This document shows positions 1 through 11,200 of a stretch of DNA of 64,000 nucleotides, one piece after another (the first letter of the stretch is position 1; every line of letters begins with the position of its first letter). This DNA comes from the human T2T-CHM13v2.0 reference genome, Homo sapiens. Both the position numbers and the translations under genes were made by a program. The notes beneath the pieces are model-generated. The model saw nothing but the letters and a program-made list of their open reading frames with translations. It ran no database searches and was not told where the DNA came from. The DNA lies in assembly GCF_009914755.1 (NCBI RefSeq), contig NC_060929.1; one strand, written 5' to 3'.

Positions 1-689
1 CTGGATTTCAGGCAAGGGCTAGGTGAGAAAGGCCCCAACCCTTCCCCCTTTTAAGAGACATGAAGAGAAACCAAAGAAAATTTAACCACAACTGGAAATG
101 GATAGCTGTCTATAAATTGTGACTGTAATAACTGATGTAGTCAGGTCTTGGACATCCTTTCTGACCATTGTTACCTTTCATTCACTTTCATTCCTCAAAC
201 TCCCATAACTACTCCTCCTGTCTCAACATTCCAGGTTTGTTTTGTTAAACCTTGCAATTATTGCAAGTTAAACCTTGCAATTCTAATTCCAAATGGTTTC
301 ATACAGATTAGTACATCTTAAATCCATCCTTTCCATGATTTCTACACTTCATAACCTACGTCCCCTCCAAAATCTAACTGATCTTGCTGCTCTCTATAAG
401 ACCCCTTCACAGATAATCTACCAAGGCCCCCAAAATTCTATAATCAACCCCTTCTCCAGTTCAGTTACCATACAGTCCAGACAGTTACCACAGGGGTCCT
501 TCTCTACTCTTTAAAAGCTAAATAACTGATACACTATAATCTGGCCCAACTAGCTCATCTTTTTTTAATTTTTCTCCTCCAGCCAAATGGGTATTCTCCA
601 ACGAAATTATGCCCTGTAAGAGGAAAGACTTAACACAGAGTAATGGATACAGTGAGGAAAGGTATTGGTTATGTTGTCAGCTAAACCTG

Positions 690-1060
690 TGTATTAGTCC
701 ATTCTCACACTGCTATTAAGAAATAACCATGACTGGGTAATTTATAAAGGAAAGAGGTTTAATTGACTCACCCTTCCACAGGGCTAAGGAGGCCTCAGGA
801 AACTTACAATCATGGCAGAAGGGGAAGCAAACATGTCCTTCTTCAGATGGTGGCAGCAAGGAGAAGTGCCAAGCAAAAGGGAGAAAAGCCCCCTATGAAA
901 CTATCAGATCTCGTGAGAACTCACTATCACGAGAACAGCATGAGGGTAACCTCCCCCATGATTCAATTACCTCCCACGGGGTCTCTCCCACCACATTTGG
1001 GGATTATGGGAACTACAATTCAAAATGAGATTTGGGTGGGGACACAGCCAAACCATATCA
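690..1060 (-). mobile_element. THE1-family (ERVL-MaLR) solo LTR
   Basis: Starts TGTATTAGTCC and ends CAGCCAAACCATATCA (reverse complement of the THE1 LTR termini); exact 5-bp TSD ACCTG at 685-689 and 1061-1065. Confidence 0.92.
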
Positions 1061-1401
1061 ACCTGTGTCTAACCTAGACCAGTGTTTAAGACCACGTTCC
1101 CTCCTATAGAATGCCTCCAAGTTCTGATCTCAATAACCTGGGCTCCTGACACCTTCAACCATCCCCACTCAGTGTTTAAATTCAGTTTTCTTTAGCACTG
1201 TGTGTATAGTTTGCTCTCTTCCTTGAGGAAGGAAACATTCCTTCTCTTCATGCCCTTTTTTTTTTTTCTCCTGAATCTTGCCACTCTGGACCTACCAAAA
1301 CTGTCAGATCTTTCCTATTTGTAGGAAAGGTCATTTATAATATACACAGACCCAAAAGTATTCTCTCAATCCTGCCCACCTCAAGAAACTCACCAACCAA
1401 A

Positions 1402-1694
1402 TTTTTTTTTTTTTAAACAGGGTCTCGCTCTGTCACCCAGAGTTGGAGTGCAGTGGAACAATCACTGCTCACTGTAACCACTGCCTGCCAAGTTCAAGTC
1501 ATCCTCCCCTTGGCCTCTCAAGTAGCTGGGACCACAAGCATGCACCACCACACCCGAGTAATTTTTGTATTTTTTGTAGAGAGGGAGTTTCACTATGTTG
1601 CCCAGGCTGGTCTTGAACTCCTGGGCTCAAGCGATCTGCCTGCCTCGGCCTCCCAAAGTGCTGGCATTACAGGCGTGAGCCACCGTGCCTGGCC
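1402..1694 (-). mobile_element. Alu (AluJ-like)
   Basis: Poly-T followed by antisense Alu dimer; flanking TCACCA(A/C)CCAAA target duplication. Confidence 0.93.
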
Positions 1695-2305
1695 TCACCA
1701 CCCAAATTCTTAAAATCATAGTCTATGTTTACTTTTTCACCATTTGCACACTTAAAGATATCCTCCAATCTAATCATTGTCCCTACCTCTAATATAATAT
1801 GGTTCTCTAAAGTCACCACTGACCTCCTAAATGGTCAAATCAGAAGGTTTTCCAATGGCCATGTCTCCATTTTGACACAATCTAGTCCGAAATTCAGGTT
1901 GTAGTAGACTCTGTTGGTGGCCTCCTCAGCATCCATTTACCCATCCTGTTTCCTTACAGAACCCATCTGGATGAGGCACCCACCCTGTTCCCATGACATC
2001 CACGTAACTCAGGGAAAATAAAATGTTATCCATAAACAATAGACACATGAAAGCACTCATGCTTCTTTGGCTTTTGTTTTCCATTTTGAGAAAAATTTGC
2101 TGATTGCCTGGCATCCCAGACAGATCTCTGACATATGTGTTACGATTGCATAGTTAATTCTATTCCTTCTGACAGTTATATTATGATTCTGATAGCTACA
2201 AAAACAGTGTCTTAGAGAAATCAAAGAGGGCCCACTCCCCAGCTTCTCAGTCACAAGGATAAGTTTCTAATACCAACATCTCGTCATGTCTTTCTCCTTA
2301 CCTAT

Positions 2306-2990
2306 TGCTATGGTTTGAATATTTGTTCCTTTCAAAACTCATGTTGAGATTTATTCCCGAGTCATAAAACAAGACTAAGATTTTCAATAGATTAAAATTT
2401 AAAAAAAAAGAAATACATTCCCCAACATGATAGTACTGAGAGGAAGGGCCTGTAAGAGATGATTGGATCATGAGGGTTCTGACCTCATAAATGGATTAGC
2501 AAATTAATGAGTTTTTATGAAAGGAGAACTGGTGGCTTTATAAGAAGAGGAAGAAAGTGGTGAACTGACTTGGGAGGCTGAGGTGGGAAGATCATTTGAG
2601 CCCAGAAGATTGCGGCTGCAGTGAGCTGTGATTGTGCCACTGCACAATCACCAGCCTGGGTGACAGAGTGAAACCTTGTCTCAAAAAAGAAAAGAAAGAG
2701 GAAGCAAAATAAAAAAAAAAAAGAGAAAGAAAAGAAAAAGGAGAGAAAAGAAAGGGAAAGAAAAGAAAAAAGTCCTTAGCTGGCACACTGGGACACTCAG
2801 TCCCCTCACCATGTGATGCCCTGTGCCACTCTTCAGACAGTCCTCATCAACAAGAAGGCTCTCACCAGACGCAGCCCCTTGACCGCCTTGGACTTCTCAG
2901 CACCCGTAACTGTAAGCAATAAAGTCTTCTTCTTATAAATTACCTAGTGTCAGATATTCTGTTGTAAGCAACAGAAACTGAACTACTATG
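2306..2990 (+). mobile_element. MST-family (MaLR) solo LTR interrupted by an Alu fragment and a short polyA-tailed insert
   Basis: TGCTATGGTTTGAAT start, GACTTCTCAGC...AATAAA...GCAACAGAAACTGAACTA end typical of MST LTRs. Confidence 0.8.
2568..2770 (+). mobile_element. Alu right-arm fragment with long A/G-rich tail
   Basis: ACTTGGGAGGCTGAGGTGGGAAGATCATTTGAGCCCAG...CCTGGGTGACAGAGTGA then A-rich tail. Confidence 0.85.
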
Positions 2991-3579
2991 CCTATTAATT
3001 CTTTCTTCAGGTCTTGGGGCTCCTGTAATGTCTTTCCCAGCTCTTGGCCATCAATCATTCTTTGCTATACAAGATTGGTGACACAAGAGCAGTGACATTC
3101 TTTTTATATTATTCTTTTACTGCCTCTGTCAAAATACATTTTCACATGCATTGCCAAATAATCTTTTAAATTACCTTTTAAATTACAAGACACCTATATC
3201 ATCTTGCAAACAGAGAAACTAAGTCCCAGAGAGACTTAGTGATTATCCAAGTTGGCATGTGTAAAGCAGCGGAGGCAGATTTGGAATCTGTTCAGTGCTT
3301 CTATATTTACTGAACACTGACCATGTGACAGGGATTCCAAGGGCTAGCATTCCTTAAAAACTATTGATGTGGCATGAATAAAAGAAATTCAACCTTGTTT
3401 CCAGTATGGTCACTAGTTACATGACTGTGAAAAGCCTTGAGCCTCAGTTCCTTCTCCTCTGTAAAATGAAAGTGTCAGATGAATGATCTCTGCCAGCCCT
3501 CACATCTGGTGATTTTACATGGTGCTCTGTGAACTACATATCATCAGAGTAACCAGTGCTGAATCTTGAACAAAAGTAG

Positions 3580-3880
3580 CTCATTCATTCATTGCCCAAG
3601 TATTGAACACATACTGAGTGCTGGCCATTCTTCTATGTGTTTGAGGATTATAACAAACAAGGTAGGCATGGCCTCCACCATCATGGAGTTTACAATCTAA
3701 TGGAAAGAGGCAATATAAAAATATACCAGCAATCAATCAAGATAACTTCTGGACAATGAAAAGTACAGTAAAAGAATTAAACCCCTCCCTGAGGAGGTGA
3801 CATCTGAGATTTGATGGGTAGAAGTCAGGCACACAGACATTTAGGAGAAAAGTATTCAAGCAGAGAGAATGGAAAGTTCT
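3580..3880 (-). mobile_element. L2 LINE 3' remnant
   Basis: TCATTCATTCATT...TATTGAACAC...CATGGAGTTTACAATCTA pattern of antisense L2 3' end. Confidence 0.6.
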
Positions 3881-5073
3881 TAGAAAAACGTAGCAGGTAA
3901 TTAGTTTCATTACTTAGAAAGACTGTACATTCAAATGCTTTGCTCATCTTCATTTTCTTCTGTGAATTAGACATGTGAGATGCAGTTGTTGCCTTTCACC
4001 TGCTGGGAGAGTGTGAATATTAATCTGTTCTCCAGGAAAGAAGAACACTTTTTAGGTGCTAAACACAGCTTCTGTAATTGACCATCAAGGACAATAATAA
4101 AAGAATCAAAACATACACAGAGTGCTGTTGAGGCCAACAAGAAGGGAGAGAAAGAGGTCCTTTGAAGTTTACAAGAAGAAGGAGGAAGACAGAAGTCACT
4201 AGTAGCAGACATTTCACACCACACCAAGATAGAGGCCAGAACTTCATAAGCCAAGATTTAGTAAACACCATGGATTGCCAAGGGTGGCTGGACTCTGGGA
4301 CCAGAATCTCCCACATCAGGAGAAAGTCTTGCACTTCAAAGTCTGGTCAAGGTGATGTAATGAGCTTATATCTCAAGGCCTGCTCTCTGCTTTAACCACA
4401 AATCAAAATTAAATATAAAAAGAGGAAAAATATAAAAAGAGATAAAATGGTCTCTAAAATGAGATAAACATAGTGAAAAGCAAACACTGATGAAAATGCC
4501 AAGTGTGTAAGGCTAAGGCTGCAGGGCTGCTGGGGACCAGGACTAGGAGCTGGCAGAGGTTGCCTGAGGGCAATATGCTCACCATTTATCACTGAGGACA
4601 CGACAGAGGAGAGCGGCAGAAAGCGCCTGAGCCCCTGCTTCCTACTGCTGCACCTACACAACAGGTAAAGAGAAGCTCCCCGCCTACAGCAGAGATTAGA
4701 CACAGCCTCATTACCTGCTCCTGGAAGGATACAGAATTTCCTCCACATTGCTCAGGAGAAAGAGCCTTAGTAAGTAATATAAAACCTGGCTCTGGACAAA
4801 GGCCTATTGGGGACCTAAGAAAAAGACAGATAAAAAATCACTTGAGTCAGAGAAAATCATCAAAACAAAAATCTGAAACAGGAAAAATATCTAAAACATA
4901 TACAAGAAACTAATACCAAGATAAGCAAATGGTAATTCAGCAATGACACATTCAATCCATAAGAATTAATGTTATAGAGGAGTCTGAAAAGGACTTTAAA
5001 ATCCTCAAAGGAAAAATGAAAGATAAACATGCTTTAAAATAGAAAACAATTATAAAAGAAAAAGAAAAATTCC

Positions 5074-5380
5074 AGCTGGGTGCGGTGGCTCACGCCTGTA
5101 ATCCCAGCACTTTGAGAGGCTGAGGCGGGTAGATCACAAGGCCAGGAGTTCGAGACCAGCCTGGCCAACATGGTGAAACCACATCTCTACTAAAAATACA
5201 AAAATTAGCTGGGCATGATGACGCGTGCCTGTAATCCCAGCTACTCGGGAGGCTGAGACAGGAGAATCGCGGGAAACTGGGAGGTGGAGGTTGCAGTGAG
5301 TCGAGGGTGCAGCCAGTCGAGATCAGGCCACTGCACTCCAGCCTGGGTGACAGAGCAAGACTCCGTCAAAAAAAAAAAAA
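5074..5380 (+). mobile_element. Alu (AluS-like)
   Basis: Full Alu dimer with A-tail; TSD AAGAAAAATTCC on both sides. Confidence 0.95.
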
Positions 5381-6261
5381 GGAAGAAAAATTCCTCCCCT
5401 CTCTCACACATATATAGGATATAGGATAGATGAGTAGATAGTATCAGGTAAAATTTTTGTAAATAAAAAACGCAGTCTCTGAAATTAACAGTTAACAGAA
5501 TAAACTCTGGAATGGAATTTACCCAGTCAAAAAGGAAATCAGTAAATTAGAGAACAGTATTGAAGAATTCACTAAAATACAACATGAAAAAAGGGAATAA
5601 CAATGTTTAAAGTATTACGAAGATTAGATTCAGAGGACCGATATGCATCTAACTGGAGTTTCAGAAAAACAGAAGGGGAAATGTTAAATAAGCAATATTT
5701 TAAAAGATATACACTAAGGATTTTCTAAAATAAAAAATATGCAAGGAGTCTCAGTGTAAACAGACACTGAGCAAGATAAAAATTAATTCATATATAGATA
5801 TATTGAACTAAAACTGCAGAAATCATGGATACAGAAAAAAAAATCTTAAAAGCTACCTGAGGAAGGAAAAAAGAGTTACAACCAAGAAGGCATAATAACA
5901 ATGATAAACACTATCAGCTTATGTCATTTAAAGTGCCAGTGGAACATAATTAGTAATACAAAATTATATACACATTTAAACTATCATTAGCGAGAGGGCA
6001 GGAGAAAATGAATATAAATGTTTCTACATAAAATGACTGAGAGGATAGGAAACCCTCTAGAAGACCTCTCTAAAAAAATCCCAGCAAATTATGATGAAAA
6101 TTTACCCTTGGAGGAGGAAAGAATTGGTAAGACAGTACGAAAAAAAGTAACAAACAATATATGAGTTTTTGTAAAGTAGTAAGAGTACAGATTAAAACCA
6201 ACATATATTAGTAACTATAAATTACTCCAATTAAAAATTAAGATTCTCAGTTTAAATTTAA

Positions 6262-6620
6262 ATATATATTTACATACATATACTGAATATATATTTACAT
6301 ATGTACATGTGTGTATACATATTTACATGTGTACATATGTGTGTATATATATTTACATATATACATATGTGTATATATACATATATGCAATACATGTGTA
6401 TATATACATACCTTGTAAGCAGTCTGTGTATATGTGTGTATATATACACACATACACATATATACACATATATACACACATATATACACACATATATACA
6501 CATATATATACACATATATACACATATATATACACACATATATATACACATATATATACACACATATACATACACATATATATACACACATATACACAGA
6601 CTGCTTACAAGATAGATATA
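6262..6620. repeat. Compound (TA)/(TG)/(CA) microsatellite with a 35-bp perfect inverted repeat
   Basis: Alternating purine-pyrimidine runs; arms 6412-6446 and 6577-6611 are exact reverse complements. Confidence 0.95.
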
Positions 6621-7149
6621 TTAAATATAAGGATAAGAAAAGTCAAAGTTAAAAGATGGAGAAAGGTATTGCATGCACAAACTTTCCAAAGGTAGATAGT
6701 ATCAATCTTATAGTATCAGACAAAGTAGACTTTAAGACAAGTATAATTCAACATAAAAGGGATATTTTTAAATAATACATGAGTCAATGCAAGCAAAACA
6801 TAGCAGTTAAAAAATTTCACCAATGATTTACCTTCAATATATAAAAAGCAAAACTTAATTGCCAGGATTCAAAAAAAAAAAAAAAGAAAAGAAAAAACAT
6901 AACAGAGGTGGTGTAAAAACATCTGCTTCAGAAACTGAGTTAACGAGCCTATTTTTAAAAATCAGTAAGGATACAGAAGTTTTGAACAGCACTATTAATT
7001 AACTCGATGTATTTGACAGAGATGGAACATTTTACCTAACAATTATAGAATGTATTTTCTTTTCAAATTTACCTGGGAATGTACAAAAGAGAACCATTTT
7101 CTGGGCCGTAAAGAAAGAGTATAGTTAAGCTAGAATTAAAAAAATAAAA

Positions 7150-7245
7150 CTATATATATATATATACTATATATATATATATAATATATATATATAATAT
7201 ATATATAATATATATATACATATATGTGTGTGATATATATATTCA
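7150..7245. repeat. Interrupted (TA)n microsatellite
   Basis: Direct read. Confidence 0.95.
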
Positions 7246-7350
7246 CACTTATATAGGTATTATGTATTTACACATATCTAGGTATAGTCGGATACAGACA
7301 TAAACACATATACAAAATTGAATCCTCAACTAATTGGAAATTAACAGAAC

Positions 7351-7705
7351 TTTTTTTAAGTTGAGGGATACACGTGCAGGTTTGTTAGCTAGGTAAACCT
7401 GTGTCATGGGGGTTTGTTGTACAGATTATTTTTATCACCCAGGTATTAAGCATAGCATTCATTAGTTATTTTTCCTGATCCTCTACCTCCTCTTTAGTTT
7501 AATTAGATCCCATTTGCCAATTTTAACTTCTGTTGCACATGCTTTTGGCATCTTTGTCATGAAATCTTTGCCTGTTCTCCTATGTCTTGGATGGTACTGC
7601 CTAGGTTATCTTCTAGCATTTTTATATTATATTTCTGGGGTTTACATTTATGTCTTTAACTCATCTTGAGTTAGTTTATGTATATGGTGTAAAGAAGGGG
7701 TCCAT
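7351..7705 (-). mobile_element. Antisense older L1PA fragment with internal deletion (3' end joined to ORF2 sequence)
   Basis: Antisense L1 3' terminus (…GGGGGTTTGTTGTACAGATTATT…) joined at ~7490 to antisense ORF2 (TTTAGTTTAATTAGATCCCATTTG). Confidence 0.8.
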
Positions 7706-7832
7706 ATGACTTCATAATGACTCAAAGATTAGAAAATATTTTCACCTGAATAACAAGAATATGAGAATCAACAAATGATGCTGGAACAGCTAGATATCTC
7801 TATTCGTTTTAAAAGAGGAGAGGAGTCGCTTC

Positions 7833-7843
7833 CAAGATGGCCG
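7833..7843 (+). promoter_or_regulatory. YY1 motif of the L1 5'UTR sense promoter
   Basis: CAAGATGGCCG at the L1 5' end matches the known L1 YY1 site; activity not shown. Confidence 0.6.
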
Positions 7844-8034
7844 AATAGAAACAGCTCCAGTCTACAGCTCCCATTGAGGTTGATGCAGAAAACGGGTTAT
7901 TTCTGCATTTTCAACTGAGGTACCTGGTTCATCTCATTGGGACTGCTTGGACAGTGGGTGCAGCCCATGGAGAATGAGCAGGGCAGGACGCCGACTCTCT
8001 CAGGAAGCACAAGGGGTTGAGGGATTTCCCTTTC

Positions 8035-8250
8035 CTAGACAAGGGAAGCTGTGAATGACTGTACCTGGAGGAATGGTGCAGCCCAAATACTGCACATTTC
8101 CCATGGTCTTTGCAACTGGTAAACCAGGAGATTGCCTCCCGTGACTGGCTCAGTGGGTTCCACGCACACAGAGCCTTGCTCCCTTCTAGCACAGCAGTCA
8201 GAGATCGAACTGGGATGCCCCAGCTTGGCCGGGGGAGGGGCATCTGCCAT
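8035..8250 (-). CDS. Open L1 ORF0-like antisense reading frame (71 aa)
   Basis: MADAPPPAKLGHPSSISDCC… resembles L1 ORF0p (MAGAPPPASLPPCSLISDCC…); ATG in GCAATGG context; the C-terminal ~15 aa appear frame-shifted relative to ORF0; expression unknown. Confidence 0.35.
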   Translation of the reverse strand: MADAPPPAKLGHPSSISDCCARREQGSVCVEPTEPVTGGNLLVYQLQRPWEMCSIWAAPFLQVQSFTASLV

Positions 8251-11200
8251 TGCTGAGGCTTGAGTAGGTGGTTCAATGCTCATGGTATAAACAAAGCAAC
8301 AGGGAAACTCCAACTGGGTGGAGCCCACCATAGCTCAGCAAGGCCTACTGACTCTAGATTCCACCTCTAGGGGCAGGGCATATCTGGACAAAAGGCAGCA
8401 GACAGCTTCTGCAGACATAAACATCACTGCTTGACAGCTCTGAAGAGAGCAATGGTTCTCTCAGCATGGCGTTTGAGCTCCGATAATGGACAGACTGCCT
8501 TCTCAAGTGGGTCCCTGATCCCCGTGTAGCCTGACTGGGAGACACCTCCCAGTAGGGGCCGACAGACCCTCATACAGGCAGGTGCCCCTCTGGGATGAAG
8601 CTTCCAGAGGAAGGATCAGGCAGCAATATTCACTGTTTTGCAGCCTCTGCTGATGATACCCAGGCAAACAGGGTCTGGAGTGGACCTCCAGCAAACTCCA
8701 ACAGAATGGCAGCTGAGAGGCCTGTTAGAAGGAAAACTAAAAAACAGAAAGGAATCAAATCAACATCAACAAAAAGGACATCCACATCAAAACCCCATCT
8801 GTAGGTCACCAACATCAAAGAACAAAGGGAGATAAAACCACAAAGATGGGGAGAAACCACAGAAGAAAGGCTGAAAATTCCAAAAAACAGAATGCCTCTT
8901 CTCGTCCAAAGGAACACAACTCCTTCCCAGCAAGAGAACAAAACTGGATAGAGCATGACTTTGAAGAGTTGACAGAAGTAGGCTTCAGAAGGTCAGTAAT
9001 AACAAACTTCTCTGAGCTAAAGGAGCATGTTCTAACCCATCGCAAGGAAGCTAAAAACCTTGAAAAAAAGGTTAGATGAATGGCTAACTAGAATAACCAA
9101 TGTAGAGAAGACCTTAAATGACCTGATGAGGCTGAAAACCACAGTTCAAGAACTTTGTGAAGCATACACTAGCTTCAATGGCCGATTCGATCAAGTGAAA
9201 GAAAGGATATCAGTGATTGAAGATCAAATTAATGAAATAAAGTGAGAAGACAAAATTGAGAAAAAAGAGTGAAAAGAAATGAACAAACCCTCCAAAAAAT
9301 ACGGGAGGATGTGAAAAGACAAAATCTGCATTGGATTGGTGTACCCAAAACTGATGGGGAGAATGGAACCAAGTTGGAAAACACTCTTCAGCATATTATC
9401 CAGGAGAGCTTCCCCAACCCAGCAACACAGGCCAACATTCAAATTCAGGAAACACAAAGATACTCCGCGAGAAGAGCAACACCAAGACACATAATTGTCA
9501 GCTTCACCAAGGTTGAAATGAAAAAAAAAAAAAAAAGTTAAAGGCAGCCAGAGAGAAAGGTCGGGTTACCCACAAAGGGAAGCCCATCAGACTAACAACA
9601 GATCTCTTGGCAGAAACCCTACAAGCCAGAAGAGAGTGGGGTCCAAACTTCAACTTTCTTAAAGAAAAGAATTTTCAACCCAGAATTTCATATCCAGACA
9701 AACTAAGTTTCACAAGTGAAGGAGAAATAAAATCCTTTACAGACAAGCAAATGCTGAGAGATTTTGTCACCACTAGGCCTGCCTTACAAGAGGTCCTGAA
9801 GGAAGCACTAAACATGGAAAGAAACAACTGGTACCAGCGACTGCAAAAACATGGCAAATTGTAAAGACTATGGACGTTATGAAGAAACTGCATAAATTAA
9901 CGGGCAAAATAAGCAGCTAGCATCATCATGACAGGATCAAATTCACATATAACAATATTAATCTTAAACGTAAATGAGCTAAATGCCCCAATTAAAAGAC
10001 ACAGACTGGCAAATTGGATAAAGAGTCAAGACTCATCTGCGTGCTGTATTCAGGAGACCCATCTCACATATACAGACACACATAGGCTCAAAACAAAGGG
10101 ATGGAGGAAGATCTACCAAGCAAATGGAAAGCAAAAAAAAGCAGGGGTTGCAATCCTAATCTCTGATAAAACAGACTTTATACCAACAAAGATCAAAAGA
10201 GACAAAGAAGGCCATTACATAATGGTAAAGGGATCAAGTCAACAAGAAGAGCTAACTACTCTAAATATATATACACCCAATACAGGAGCACCCAGATTCA
10301 TAAAGCAAGTCCTTAGAGACCTACAAAGATACTTAGACTCCCACACAATCATTAACACCCCACTGTCAATATTAGATCAACGAGACAGAAGGTTAACAAA
10401 GATATCCAGGACTTGAACTCAGCTCTGCACCAAGTGGACCTAATAGACATCTACAGAACTCTCCACCCCAAATCAACAGATAATACATTCTTCTCTGCAC
10501 CACATCACACTCATTATAAAATTGACCACATAATTGGAAGTAAAGCACTCCTCAGCAAATGTTAAAGAGCAGAAATCACAACAAACTGTCTCTCAGACCA
10601 CAGTGCAATCAAATTAGAACTCAGAATTAAGAAACTCACTCAAAATTGCACAACAACATGGAAACTGAACAATCTGCTTCTGAATGACTACTGGATAAAT
10701 AATGAAATGAAGGCAGAAATAAAGATGTTCTTTGAAACCAATGAGAACAAAGGCATGATGTACCAGAATCTCTGGTATACATTTAAAGCAGTGTGTAGAG
10801 GGAAATTTATAGCACTGAATGCCCACAAGAGAAAGCAGGAAAGATCTAAAATTGATACCATAACATCACAATTTTAAAAACTAGAGAAACAAGAGCAAAC
10901 AAATTCAAAAGCTAGTAGAAGACAAGAAATAACTAACATCAGAGCAGAACTGAAAGAGACAGAGACACAAAAAACCCTTCAAAATATCAATGAATCCAGG
11001 GGTGGGTTTTTTGAAGAGATCAACAAAATTAATAATCTACTAGCAAGACTAATGAAGAAAACAGAGAAGAATCAAAGAGACACAATAAAAAAATGATAAA
11101 GGAGATATCACCACTGATCCCACAGAAATACAAACTACCACCAGCGAATACTATAAACACCTCTACCCAAATAATCTAGAAAATCTAGAAGAAATGGATA

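Larger units (their letters stand above)
4800..7350 (+). mobile_element. Ancient L1M remnant (ORF1/ORF2-endonuclease region), fragmented
   Basis: Strongly A-rich + strand with degenerate L1 motifs (e.g. TCAGACAAAGTAGACTTTAAGACAAG at ~6715). Confidence 0.6.

Noticed and set aside
6270-6695. Stack of overlapping Tyr/Ile/His/Thr-rich ORFs on both strands
   Set aside because: Artefact of the (TA)/(CA) microsatellite lacking stop codons.
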